A DNA stretch of 64,000 nt from an uncultured Paraprevotella sp. (GTDB taxonomy: Bacteria; Bacteroidota; Bacteroidia; Bacteroidales; Bacteroidaceae). The notes under the pieces were generated by a model. The model searched no databases. It saw only the letters and a list, made by a program, of their open reading frames with translations, and had not been told where the DNA came from. The stretch spans positions 39,643 through 103,642 of the forward strand of contig CAZIMK010000002.1 of assembly GCA_964540455.1 (NCBI GenBank), written 5' to 3'. A program made the position numbers and the translations under genes. This document shows positions 26,258 through 36,379 of the stretch, in pieces (the first letter of the stretch is position 1; every line of letters begins with the position of its first letter).

Positions 26258-27214
26258 ATGGACTTATCTATCATAATTCCTGTCTACAATGCCGCCGCGT
26301 TGATAGGCAGATGCCTTGATTCCATATTCAACCAGACCACGCGATACACCTACGAGGTGATTTGTATAGATGACGGGAGTACGGACAATTCCGTGGAACT
26401 GATTGAGGCAAGAAAGGAACCGAACATCCGGTTGTTCCGACAGCAGAATGCCGGTCCGGCCAAAGCCAGAAACAAAGGATTGGCAGAGGCAAAGGGAAAA
26501 TACATCTGTTACATCGATGCCGACGATTACTGGGAAGACACATTCTTTGAAAAAACCATCACATTTCTGAAAGAGCACGAGGAGTGTATTGCTGTATCCG
26601 TAGGGCAAAGACACTTGACAGTATCAGGCAATTATATCGCACCGGCCTGTTTGAACCAACACAACGCCCCGATGGTGTTGGACGACTTTTTCTCTTTCTG
26701 GGCACAGTGGATGCATGTGTGTACCGGAAGTATAATGATACGTACCGAATATGCCCAAAAAGCCGGTGGACAACGAACAGAGCTACGCATCACCGAGGAT
26801 TTGGAATATTGGGCGTTGCTGGCGACATATGGTAAGTTCGGAATGATTCCGGAAGTACTTTTCACCAGTGACGGGACGGATTTAATAAAAGGCAACGGCT
26901 GGCTGAAAAAAATGGTAATCAGATGGCGCAATGCTCCAAGCACCGCCAACTGGGAGAAGCGAATCATCACTGCCAAACCGGAATTATGCGATAATGAAGG
27001 TTATAAAAATGCCCGCGGGCGCATTTCCCGCAACCTCACCTATTGTCAGTTGCTTTCCGGACGCACGGAAATGGCAAGACAGGAAGCGTTGGCATACGGA
27101 ATGTATTTCACAAAGGACCCCATCGGACGACTGATGAATCTGGCCAAATATACTCCCGTTACCTGGTGGATGTTGGCAAAATTTCTAAAATACAGGGAAT
27201 ATCACCGGAAATAA
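26258..27214 (+). CDS. Family 2 glycosyltransferase
   Basis: 'LSIIIPVYNAAALIGRCLDSIFNQT' and 'YIDADD'. Confidence 0.85.
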   Translation: MDLSIIIPVYNAAALIGRCLDSIFNQTTRYTYEVICIDDGSTDNSVELIEARKEPNIRLFRQQNAGPAKARNKGLAEAKGKYICYIDADDYWEDTFFEKTITFLKEHEECIAVSVGQRHLTVSGNYIAPACLNQHNAPMVLDDFFSFWAQWMHVCTGSIMIRTEYAQKAGGQRTELRITEDLEYWALLATYGKFGMIPEVLFTSDGTDLIKGNGWLKKMVIRWRNAPSTANWEKRIITAKPELCDNEGYKNARGRISRNLTYCQLLSGRTEMARQEALAYGMYFTKDPIGRLMNLAKYTPVTWWMLAKFLKYREYHRK

Positions 27215-27402
27215 GTGAATGTTTTCAAGGATAGAAGTATTAAAAACTAATGTATTGGAAGTATCTCATGTGAAATGGCATTATTAATAAAAGATGTACT
27301 GGGCGACGTTTGAAATGAGCCTTTACTGATGTGTCTAATTCATATTTTCAATGAATTTATGCTGCAAAAAATAATAAAACATCTGAACAACAATACAAAA
27401 TA

Positions 27403-28563
27403 ATGGATAAGCATATTCCTTCTACGATTCTTTTTATCATGCACATGCCTCCGCCTGTGCATGGTGCTTCCATGGTGGGAAAGTATATACATGATTCTAA
27501 AGTCATTAATGAGAAGTTCGACTGCCATTACATAAATCTGACTACGGCTGATACACTTTCGGATATAGGCAAGATCGGATTCAGAAAAGCCGTGTCACTT
27601 GCAAAACTGCTGAATAAAATAAGGAAAGAAATAAAACGGCTGAGACCGGATGTCGTATATATTACACCCAATGCAACAGGAGGAGCTTTCTATAAGGATT
27701 TTATCGTAGTGGAGACTGTCAAACGACTGATGAAAAAGACGAAAGGGAATGCCGGACGTGTGGTGTTGCACTTTCACAACAAAGGGGTGAGCACAAAGCA
27801 GGAACGATGGTTTGATGATAAACTTTACCGACGTTTTTTCAGAAATGTAAATGTCATGCTACTGGCAGAATCGCTTTACGGAGATGTGGCCAAATATGTG
27901 CCACGCGAGCATGTCATCATCTGCGGAAACGGGATACCGGATTTTCCTACAAACGTAACTGCCGAAGACAAGACCGACAAAGGCATGCCACATCTGCTAT
28001 TCCTAAGCAACATGATGGCAACAAAAGGCGTGTGGGAACTGCTCGATGCCTTATGTATCCTCCGAAAGAAAGGACTAAACTTCGCCTGTGATTTCGTCGG
28101 AGGATGGAAAGACATACAGCCGGAGGAGTTTCATACACGTGTACAGGCATACGGACTGTCGGATTGCGTATATGCGCACGGAGCACAATACGGAATGGAC
28201 AAGGAGGAATTTTTCAACAGGGCGGACATTTTTGTCCTGCCTTCATACACAGAAGCATTCCCACTCACCGTATTAGAAGCCATGCAGCATGGACTGACGG
28301 TTGTGGCATCGAATGTTGGCGGAATCAGTGGACAGGTGTCTGACGGCAGGACCGGTTTTCTGATTGGAGGCTCCGAAGCTATTCTGACATTAAAATACAG
28401 ACCAGCCTCACAGGAGTTAGCATCTGCCTTGGAGTCCCTGCTGACAGACAGGGAACAATACAAGAACATGGGTCGGGAAGGCAGAATACGGTTTGAGCAG
28501 GAATTTACGTTGCAACGCTTCGAAGAAAGATTCTGCGAGTGCCTGCAAACATTTACCGGATAA
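27403..28563 (+). CDS. Family 4 (group 1) glycosyltransferase
   Basis: 'SYTEAFPLTVLEAMQHGLTVVASNVGGISGQV' is the GT4 EX7E region. Confidence 0.85.
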   Translation: MDKHIPSTILFIMHMPPPVHGASMVGKYIHDSKVINEKFDCHYINLTTADTLSDIGKIGFRKAVSLAKLLNKIRKEIKRLRPDVVYITPNATGGAFYKDFIVVETVKRLMKKTKGNAGRVVLHFHNKGVSTKQERWFDDKLYRRFFRNVNVMLLAESLYGDVAKYVPREHVIICGNGIPDFPTNVTAEDKTDKGMPHLLFLSNMMATKGVWELLDALCILRKKGLNFACDFVGGWKDIQPEEFHTRVQAYGLSDCVYAHGAQYGMDKEEFFNRADIFVLPSYTEAFPLTVLEAMQHGLTVVASNVGGISGQVSDGRTGFLIGGSEAILTLKYRPASQELASALESLLTDREQYKNMGREGRIRFEQEFTLQRFEERFCECLQTFTG

Positions 28564-28604
28564 CGGTTCCGGTTCGGTAACACATAAAAGAACAGTACTA
28601 CAAT

Positions 28605-29333
28605 ATGTTAAGATTGAAATATTTATGCCTCGTGGAAAGCCGCGAGGCCTTGTCTTTATTGCCTGAAGGAAAACTGCTTATCAATACGATAAACGCACAC
28701 TCGTACAACACGGCGCAAAAAGACGCGTTGTTTGCCGAGGCACTGAAAAACGGTGACTATCTTATACCCGACGGTGCGAGTATCGTCAAGGCCTGCCGGT
28801 GGATTGGGGCGAAGTCAAAACCGACAGAACGGATTGCCGGCTGGGACTTGTTTGAAACGGAAATGACACGGCTCAACACCCGCGGAGGAAGGTGCATGTT
28901 CATGGGATCGAGCGAAAAAGTATTGCAGCTGATTAGGGAAAAAGCTGCGGAAGAATATCCCCGCATCGAGGTGGTGACGTATTCCCCACCCTACAAGCCG
29001 GAGTTTTCCGCAGAGGATAATGCCGCCATCATACAAGCCGTCAATGAAGCCGATCCGGACTTGCTGTGGATTGGCATGACGGCTCCGAAACAGGAGAAAT
29101 GGACTTATTCCAACTGGGAGAAACTGGACATACACTGCCATGTCGGTACCATCGGAGCCGTATTCGACTTCTATGCCGGTACGGCCAAACGGGCTCCTCT
29201 CTGGTGGCAGCGTCACTCGCTGGAATGGCTGTACCGACTGCTGTCGGAACCCAAACGCATGTGGCGACGGTATGTCATCGGGAATCCATTGTTCCTATGG
29301 AACATCGCAAAGGAGAAATTCTCCGCCGACTGA
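28605..29333 (+). CDS. WecB/TagA/CpsF-family glycosyltransferase (GT26)
   Basis: 242 aa with 'INTINAHSYN', 'LIPDGASIV', 'LWIGMTAPKQEKW' and 'EWLYRL..EP.R.WRRY'. Confidence 0.85.
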   Translation: MLRLKYLCLVESREALSLLPEGKLLINTINAHSYNTAQKDALFAEALKNGDYLIPDGASIVKACRWIGAKSKPTERIAGWDLFETEMTRLNTRGGRCMFMGSSEKVLQLIREKAAEEYPRIEVVTYSPPYKPEFSAEDNAAIIQAVNEADPDLLWIGMTAPKQEKWTYSNWEKLDIHCHVGTIGAVFDFYAGTAKRAPLWWQRHSLEWLYRLLSEPKRMWRRYVIGNPLFLWNIAKEKFSAD

Positions 29334-29360
29334 CCTGATACAATATCTTATTATCTTCAT

Positions 29361-29408
29361 ACAACGAGGGTGCGCTCTACATGACAGAAGCGCACCCTCG
29401 TTGTTTTT
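29361..29408. terminator. Bidirectional intrinsic terminator
   Basis: A perfect 16-bp stem, ACAACGAGGGTGCGCT (29361-29376) with AGCGCACCCTCGTTGT (29389-29404), followed by TTTT. It lies between convergent genes. Confidence 0.75.
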
Positions 29409-29425
29409 ACCGGCCGGACCGGCCG

Positions 29426-32400
29426 TTATCTGACACTGACCTTGCGGTTACCGACAACATAAATACCCTGAGGCAATCCTTCGGTGGCGACAGCCTCGAA
29501 AACACCACGACGCAACGTTACGCCGGACAGTGTGCACACGTCTACCTTACCTTGATTCTTTGCCGTGCAGACCGAGGCCACTCCATCGGCAATATCGCCT
29601 CCCTTGCGGAACAGACGAATGTTGTCCAGATAGATACGAGCGTTATTGGCCGCACCAACCTGAGCCGTCGACTTCAGTCCCAAGCTGACTTTCACGGCCG
29701 TCTCCGACGAGAGCGTAAAAGGGATTTCCATCTGCTCCCAACTACGCGCAACTGAGGGATAGACAAACTGTTCCGTCTCACCGAAGGAAACACCGCACAG
29801 CGAATAGCATTCGTTGCCTACGGTAGAAATGCAGTTACCTATCTTGCGCATTTCGTTCGGACAGACATAGTTCATCAGAAAGGTCAGTCTGTACTCCCCC
29901 TCCGGCAGCAGACAATCCTGTGAGATGCGGTTCACGCCTTCGTTCCAGGAGTTGAGAAAAGAAAGACAGCGCGTCTCACAATCGCCCCAGCGGGCAGGCT
30001 CCGACATGATGGAGGCCGAATTGCCCACGTTGGAGGGCGACACGCAGTACTGCGTGTCGCTGTAAGGCATGGAGTAACGCACGGCATAGTTGTAGTTGGA
30101 CGCGGCACAGACCAGCGTATTCTCCGGCGTCCAGCCTGCGACGGGAAGTATCTGCTTCCAGTTGCGCTGCACCGGCGACACATCGTTCACGTAACAGGGA
30201 TTGTAGGTTACGCCATTCAACGTGACACTGCTCACCTTGCCGTATGTCTTGTCTTCCTCGAAGCCCGCATTTCGCAGAAACCGGGCCGTGATGTCCACAT
30301 ATTCATCCTCCTTTCCGACCGGTTCCACGATAGAAGAAGCCACGGTCCCGTCATCCGAAGGACTCACCCGCAAAGTTGTTCCGGCTTCCACCGTCACTTC
30401 GGCTATGTGCTTCCGTCCGTCGGCCCAGATTACGACCCGTGCCGGACGGACAGCCTCACCCGCGTTATGCAGACAGGCTGTGCAGGAATCCTCCGGAAGT
30501 TGCCATGCTGTCAGTCCGTCTCCCGTCACAAAAATCCGAAGCACGTCTCCCGCGCTATGGTGAACATCGCAGTCGAATGTAGCCTCGGCGCCTTCTGCCG
30601 TTATCAGGGTAGGAACGCTGAACACAGGCGCTCCGTCTTCCGTAAGGATTCCCTTGAGCGTACAGGAAGACTCCTCTCCCCCGAAACGGGACAGCAACAG
30701 ATAGCGGGCACTGTCCGGATCGGCCACAATCACTCCGTTCCATCCGGCGGGAACCATGTCGGTCAGCGTCTGCGTCCGGCTGCTGAGAACGGCCGTCGCC
30801 AGCGAATCTACATTGCTGTAATAGATGATATGGCGACGGTCCACCACATCGCCCGCCTTGAACGCACGGCTTTGGGCGGAATAGGACGGATATATCCGGG
30901 ACATATAGATGGAATTGATCTGGGCGCGGTCGCCGAAAGCCATACGGTTGGCAGCGTCAGGCACCACGATACCCACCGAATTGTCAATGTTCACCCACGG
31001 GCTTTCAAATTCGGTAAACTGGCTCCCGTCCGTCTGCTTGCGGCCACCCTTATAATATAAAGTACGCTTTTCTCTGGTGAAAGGATCGGTGCTGATGGCC
31101 ATCAGGCCGCCCTGTTCACGGGTGATCGTACCCGCTGCATTACCGGTCACATAATCCATATAGATGAACGCGTTGCCGGGTGTGGCATACAGGGCAAAAC
31201 TGTTTCTGAGCGTATTGTCGTTTGTCAGCAGCGAACCGTTCATCGTATAACTGTTACCGCGCAGGTTGTATATACCGTTTACATCCGGAGCGGCATTCGT
31301 TCCCTTTCCGCTCACGGTATACCATCCCAGGATGTTGCCCGTATTGTTGGCCTTATAGGGAGCGATAATCTTGTTCCGGTCGGGATTATTGGCGGCGATG
31401 TAACCGGTATAGCTCTTCAAGCCATCGCTCCAGGAGAACACCGTGAAACGGTCTTTCGTGTTGGAACGCACGATGTTCTGCGAGGTGAACAGGCGCGCAG
31501 CCTCGTAACGGCGGCTGAAGTCTTCCCACGAAGTCGGTTGCAGGTCGGCTGTCGACGCAGCCTCATGCATCAGGTAAGTCATCATCACACGGTGTCCCTG
31601 CACACCCATACGACGCGGACCTATATCGCTGTTGAGCAACCAGCTCCCGTCCGCCGTCGTTGTCTGGCGGGCCTTCACATACTTGTAGGCAAGGTTTTCC
31701 AGCATCAGTGCATTGGGGTCGCGCAGGAAACAGGCAGCCGTGGCATAAGAAGCTATCTGGTCGTAAAGGAACATGCTCCAGTCGTTGCCGTTAGGCATAG
31801 CCAGTTCACCGTCGGCAAGTGCCAGCCAGCACAGGACCTCGTCCATCACCTTCTGATTGTTGTGCATCAGCGCGCGGGTCGTCCATTTAGGTTTCTCGCC
31901 CTGAAAGAGCAGCATGGCCAGGTGAGCTTCGCCGAGTTCCTGCATCACGACATTCTGATAGGACGTATGGAAGTAATTATGATTCTGCAACGTGTAGTCG
32001 TCATAGAGGTTCTTGCCCTTGAACAGGTCTTTCACCGTCTTATCGTCATAGCCGGCGTCTAAGACCGTATCATCTCCCGCATCATCGGCCTGTGAATAAC
32101 AGTTGACGGCAAACTCACGCAAACGGGCATACCAGTGCGGCGCCAGCGCATCGTCGGGATACAAGCCCAGGGCACAAGCCAGGATATCGGCCTCCCATCC
32201 GTTTTCCTCCGCCTTCGTGTCGCCCGCATAGCCGGTAGGTATCATGCGTCCCAGCTCATAGTTACACTCCGCCTTTATCATGTTGTAAATGTATCCTTTC
32301 TGCGTTTCCGTCAGTTCATCGCGCAGGAAATAAGACGAATAGGCCAGCGACATGGCCCACAGGGAGCTTTCCCATACATAATCGCCCGTGCTCACCGAAC

Positions 32401-33487
32401 CCCAGTAGGCGTTGTTCGACGTCACCTTGAACTTGTTGGCCTTGTGGGTGGAATAGCCGAAGACGAGCGACTTCACAGCCATGTCTTTCACACCCTCCCA
32501 TGTAAGTCCCTCGGGCAACGCCACCTTCCCCTGTGCATATTTATACAGGAAAGCACATATCATCGAGAAGTCCGCGTTCGTGCGCACACCGTCCTCATTA
32601 CTGTTGCCGGCGCTGTTGGCCTTGAAATATCCGCAAGCCTCCCCCTTGTCGTTGGGAGCCGAACAGTTGTACCAGATATTGGCGGCATAACGGGTGGAAT
32701 TTGCCAGCATCTGCAACAAGTCTTGCATCATCTCGGCCTCTTCCACAAAGCGGTGGGTGATTACTCCCTCCGTCGGAGAAGAAACCTCGTCTTCCCGTCC
32801 TCCGCTGATATCGGGCACGATGTAACCGGCCGGATACTGCTTCAGCCGGAAGTCATCATAAGCGATGCAACTTCCGCCGTTCCCCCAAGTCATCTCCGAA
32901 GTCAGGGCTGCCGCCGTGGTTTCCGTCACACTGAACTTGACCGTATAAGTGTTCCAGTCCTCGCTGGTCATGCTGCCGGACGAACCGGCCGCGCAACTGA
33001 ACGAAGTGCTCCCCAGGACAGCTCCGTTCCCGTCCGCAACCTTGACAAAAGCGGAAGTAGCGGCTCCATTCACGGCGAAAGCCTTGGCCTGGAACGTAAG
33101 CACATATTCTCCGGCAGGCAATGCATCCTTGAGCGGCTGACTCAGCACGGAAGCGGCCGAGCCCCAGCCGAAACGCTGGTAATAGGCAAACTGTCCGTCT
33201 GCCATCGCCGTCTTGCCGAGATTGTTGTCCGTAAAGCAGTTCTCATCGATGAGCAGCGACACGCCGGGAGACGTGATATTCCATCCCTGCGGGTTGACAG
33301 ACCAGCCGCGCTGTCCGTCACCGCTATTCGTCACCAACGACGAAGCTCCCTGGACACAAGAAGCCGCATCTGCCTCGAAAGAAGGATTGTTCAAGAATGT
33401 TTCCGTCACGTCAGTCTGAGCCGCAACCGGAAAGACCCACCCGCCCAGCAACCACAGGCCGGACAGAAAGAGTTTTCGTTTTCGCAT
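29426..33487 (-). CDS. Large secreted T9SS-sorted protein, putative glycan-active enzyme flanked by CBM-like beta-sandwich modules
   Basis: 1353 aa. Signal peptide 'MRKRKLFLSGLWLLGGWVFPVAAQ'. N- and C-proximal modules open with 'FLNNPSFEAD' and 'FLRNAGFEED'. The C-terminus '...LPQGIYVVGNRKVSVR' resembles a T9SS type-A sorting domain. The central region could not be assigned to a family. Confidence 0.7.
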   Translation of the reverse strand: MRKRKLFLSGLWLLGGWVFPVAAQTDVTETFLNNPSFEADAASCVQGASSLVTNSGDGQRGWSVNPQGWNITSPGVSLLIDENCFTDNNLGKTAMADGQFAYYQRFGWGSAASVLSQPLKDALPAGEYVLTFQAKAFAVNGAATSAFVKVADGNGAVLGSTSFSCAAGSSGSMTSEDWNTYTVKFSVTETTAAALTSEMTWGNGGSCIAYDDFRLKQYPAGYIVPDISGGREDEVSSPTEGVITHRFVEEAEMMQDLLQMLANSTRYAANIWYNCSAPNDKGEACGYFKANSAGNSNEDGVRTNADFSMICAFLYKYAQGKVALPEGLTWEGVKDMAVKSLVFGYSTHKANKFKVTSNNAYWGSVSTGDYVWESSLWAMSLAYSSYFLRDELTETQKGYIYNMIKAECNYELGRMIPTGYAGDTKAEENGWEADILACALGLYPDDALAPHWYARLREFAVNCYSQADDAGDDTVLDAGYDDKTVKDLFKGKNLYDDYTLQNHNYFHTSYQNVVMQELGEAHLAMLLFQGEKPKWTTRALMHNNQKVMDEVLCWLALADGELAMPNGNDWSMFLYDQIASYATAACFLRDPNALMLENLAYKYVKARQTTTADGSWLLNSDIGPRRMGVQGHRVMMTYLMHEAASTADLQPTSWEDFSRRYEAARLFTSQNIVRSNTKDRFTVFSWSDGLKSYTGYIAANNPDRNKIIAPYKANNTGNILGWYTVSGKGTNAAPDVNGIYNLRGNSYTMNGSLLTNDNTLRNSFALYATPGNAFIYMDYVTGNAAGTITREQGGLMAISTDPFTREKRTLYYKGGRKQTDGSQFTEFESPWVNIDNSVGIVVPDAANRMAFGDRAQINSIYMSRIYPSYSAQSRAFKAGDVVDRRHIIYYSNVDSLATAVLSSRTQTLTDMVPAGWNGVIVADPDSARYLLLSRFGGEESSCTLKGILTEDGAPVFSVPTLITAEGAEATFDCDVHHSAGDVLRIFVTGDGLTAWQLPEDSCTACLHNAGEAVRPARVVIWADGRKHIAEVTVEAGTTLRVSPSDDGTVASSIVEPVGKEDEYVDITARFLRNAGFEEDKTYGKVSSVTLNGVTYNPCYVNDVSPVQRNWKQILPVAGWTPENTLVCAASNYNYAVRYSMPYSDTQYCVSPSNVGNSASIMSEPARWGDCETRCLSFLNSWNEGVNRISQDCLLPEGEYRLTFLMNYVCPNEMRKIGNCISTVGNECYSLCGVSFGETEQFVYPSVARSWEQMEIPFTLSSETAVKVSLGLKSTAQVGAANNARIYLDNIRLFRKGGDIADGVASVCTAKNQGKVDVCTLSGVTLRRGVFEAVATEGLPQGIYVVGNRKVSVR

Positions 33488-33696
33488 AAATCAGTTTGTT
33501 TTATTTCAGTTTGTTTAATGGGCAAAAATAAGAAATAAAATACAGAATGCACAAAAAAACACCGGATTTCCAACCGCCGGACTGTATTTTTTCCTCCAAA
33601 GCGGAAAAGCCGGACGGAATGGATTAAGCAATTTGTTTCGCATTAATTTATTTAGTACATTTACACCATAATATAATCACCATAAAGAATAAGCAC

Positions 33697-34935
33697 ATGG
33701 ATTTAACAGAGCGTTTTCTCACATACGTCAGTTTTGACACGCAATCTGACGAAGAAGGACTGAAATGTCCCAGTACGGACAAGCAAATGGTATTCGCCCG
33801 CTACCTGAAAAATGAACTGGAATCGCTGGGACTGGAAGAAGTTAGCCTGGACGAACACGGCTATCTCTTCGCCACGCTGCCGGCCAATACGGACAAACCG
33901 GTACCGGTCATCGGCTTCATCGCCCACATGGACACGTCGCCCGACTGCAGCGGCAAGGATGTCCGTCCCCGCATCGTACGGCAATATGACGGCAGCGACA
34001 TTGTCCTGTGCGAGAGCGAGGGTATCGTCACGTCCCCCGGCATGTTTCCCGAACTGCTTGACCACGTAGGCGAAGACCTGATTGTAACCGACGGCCACAC
34101 ACTGCTCGGTGCCGACGACAAGGCAGGCATAGCGGAGATTGTACAGGCTATGGTTTACCTGCAGCAGCATCCCGAGATAGAGCATGGAAAGATCCGTGTG
34201 GGCTTCAATCCCGACGAGGAAATCGGTATGGGCGCCCATCTGTTCGATGTAAAACGTTTCGGCTGTGAATGGGGATACACCATGGACGGAAGCGAGATAG
34301 GTGAAATAGAATTCGAGAACTTCAACGCCGCGTCGGCCAAAGTCACCGTCAAGGGACTGAACGTGCATCCGGGATATGCCAAAGGCAAGATGCGCAACGC
34401 CAACCTCATCGCCGCTGCCTTCGCACAGGCCATGCCAGCCGGCGAGACACCGGAGACCACCGAAGGATATGAAGGTTTCTATCATCTGATGGGCATTAAA
34501 TCGTCGGTAGAAGAAGCCACGCTTTCCTATATTATCCGCGACCACGACCGCAACCGCTTTGAAGATCGGAAGGCATTCGTAGCCCGCATGGCCGACACAT
34601 TCAACGAGCGTTACGGGGCCGGAACGGTGAAAGCCGAAATCAAGGACCAGTACTACAACATGCGCGAACAAGTGGAACCGGTGATGCATGTGGTGGATAT
34701 CGCCATCGAGGCCATTCGCCAGTGCGGCATGGAATGCAAGGTGCACGCCATCCGCGGAGGTACGGACGGAGCCCAGCTGTCGTTCAAGGGCCTGCCCTGC
34801 CCCAACATCTTTGCCGGCGGACTGAACTTCCACGGCCGCCACGAGTTCGTGCCTGTCCAGAGCATGGAGAAAGCCATGATGACGGTGGTGAAAATAGCGG
34901 AACTCACCGCCAAACGGGCCACGGCACACGAATGA
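33697..34935 (+). CDS. pepT: Peptidase T (tripeptide aminopeptidase)
   Basis: 412 aa with '[18 protein letters not shown]', '[12 protein letters not shown]' and '[11 protein letters not shown]' (M20B family). Confidence 0.9.
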   Translation: MDLTERFLTYVSFDTQSDEEGLKCPSTDKQMVFARYLKNELESLGLEEVSLDEHGYLFATLPANTDKPVPVIGFIAHMDTSPDCSGKDVRPRIVRQYDGSDIVLCESEGIVTSPGMFPELLDHVGEDLIVTDGHTLLGADDKAGIAEIVQAMVYLQQHPEIEHGKIRVGFNPDEEIGMGAHLFDVKRFGCEWGYTMDGSEIGEIEFENFNAASAKVTVKGLNVHPGYAKGKMRNANLIAAAFAQAMPAGETPETTEGYEGFYHLMGIKSSVEEATLSYIIRDHDRNRFEDRKAFVARMADTFNERYGAGTVKAEIKDQYYNMREQVEPVMHVVDIAIEAIRQCGMECKVHAIRGGTDGAQLSFKGLPCPNIFAGGLNFHGRHEFVPVQSMEKAMMTVVKIAELTAKRATAHE

Positions 34936-34952
34936 TACGAAATAACAGAAAG

Positions 34953-34987
34953 CAGCCTCCCCCTGTAGAAAAATACGGGGGGAGGCT
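34953..34987 (+). terminator. Hairpin downstream of pepT
   Basis: CAGCCTCCCCC pairs with GGGGGAGGCT(C) around a 13-nt loop. The T-tract is weak. Confidence 0.45.
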
Positions 34988-35216
34988 CTTCGTATTCGTA
35001 CATGAATCCGTGCGAAAAATTGTATTCCCGAGAATAAAAGAACTATTGTCGGGACGGTTGTACGACTGCACACATAAGCATTCCGGAACCGTTATCGCCG
35101 TAGCAAGTAAATAACCGTTGCGACGACCGTATGATAACGGTCGGTAGAACTTCCGGTTTGCAGTTGCGGCGACTTGTCCGCCGGACGGCCGTGAAGGAGA
35201 AGAATCTGACAGAAGA

Positions 35217-35261
35217 AGAAAAGGATGATTATCCGCCTGCATGGAAGATAATCATCCTTTT
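35217..35261. terminator. Perfect hairpin downstream of the nucleotidyltransferase gene
   Basis: AAAAGGATGATTATC pairs with GATAATCATCCTTTT, with T/A runs on both sides. Confidence 0.6.
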
Positions 35262-35315
35262 CTTTTATAGGTTTACATCCGCCCCTGTCTGGGACGGAAG
35301 GCTTTCATCCGCAAA

Positions 35316-36230
35316 TCAAAACAGTTTGGCCGGATATACGCCCTCGTCCACCAGCGACTGAATCTTGGCTACCACAGCGTCACGGTCGGCAGCGTATGTC
35401 ACACCGAACCACTTGCTGGTCGTATCGAGCACTTTCACTGTGGCAGTACCGTCGTTAATGAGTTTGTCCACCATCAGCGGGATGAAGAATTCCGCCTTGA
35501 GGTTCTCCATGTTCTTCGGGTCGCTGAGGAACTGCTTGAAAAACTCCTGGCTATACTCAAAGTAATCCGGCGTGAAGCCCCACATGTTCATGGACACGGG
35601 CACGTTCTCGCCGCCGACGGGAACCCATTCGCCCTTTTCGTCCTTGTAACAGATTTCGCCGTCCACACGCATTATTTCCGTGCGTTCCACAACGTCCGTC
35701 AGGTTGCCCTTCTCATCCTTTCCACAGACACCGCGTGCCACGGAACCATTCTCTGACAAGGTGTTGCCGATACGGAAACCAACCATGGCATAATCGTTCT
35801 TAGCGCCTTCCGGCAGTTCGCTCAGGAACTTGCCGATAGCCATGAACGCATCGCGGTTGTAGAAATCATCGCAGTTGATGACGCAGAAAGGTTCCTGAAT
35901 GGCATCTTTACCCATCAGCACCGCGTGGTTCGTTCCCCAGGGTTTCACACGGCCTTCGGGACACTTGAAGCCTTCGGGCAGATCATCCAGTGCCTGAAAT
36001 ACCAGTTCACACGGGATATGGCCTTCGTACTTGCTGATAATCTTGTCACGGAAATCCTGTTCAAAATCCTTGCGGATGACAAAAACCAACTTGCCGAAGC
36101 CGGCCTGAATGGCATCATAAATAGAATAGTCCATAATCGTCTCGCCATTGGGGCCGAGGCTGTCCAACTGCTTCAGACCGCCGTAACGGCTTCCCATACC
36201 TGCAGCCAGAAGAAATAATGTAGGTTTCAT
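35316..36230 (-). CDS. Sugar-phosphate nucleotidyltransferase-like protein
   Basis: 304 aa. N-terminal 'LFLLAAGMGSRYGGLKQL' is the NTP-transferase G-rich loop. Confidence 0.75.
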   Translation of the reverse strand: MKPTLFLLAAGMGSRYGGLKQLDSLGPNGETIMDYSIYDAIQAGFGKLVFVIRKDFEQDFRDKIISKYEGHIPCELVFQALDDLPEGFKCPEGRVKPWGTNHAVLMGKDAIQEPFCVINCDDFYNRDAFMAIGKFLSELPEGAKNDYAMVGFRIGNTLSENGSVARGVCGKDEKGNLTDVVERTEIMRVDGEICYKDEKGEWVPVGGENVPVSMNMWGFTPDYFEYSQEFFKQFLSDPKNMENLKAEFFIPLMVDKLINDGTATVKVLDTTSKWFGVTYAADRDAVVAKIQSLVDEGVYPAKLF

Positions 36231-36379
36231 GCTAATATATTTTAAGTTTTAGGTAAGTGTTGCAAAACTACAAAATATAATTCAAAACCGCCAAATTTCT
36301 TCCATCTTTTATACAGAAGCTATAAGGTTTTCTGCGGACAAAAGAAGACAGCCGCCCCCGCACGCCGGACAGCAGCGCA

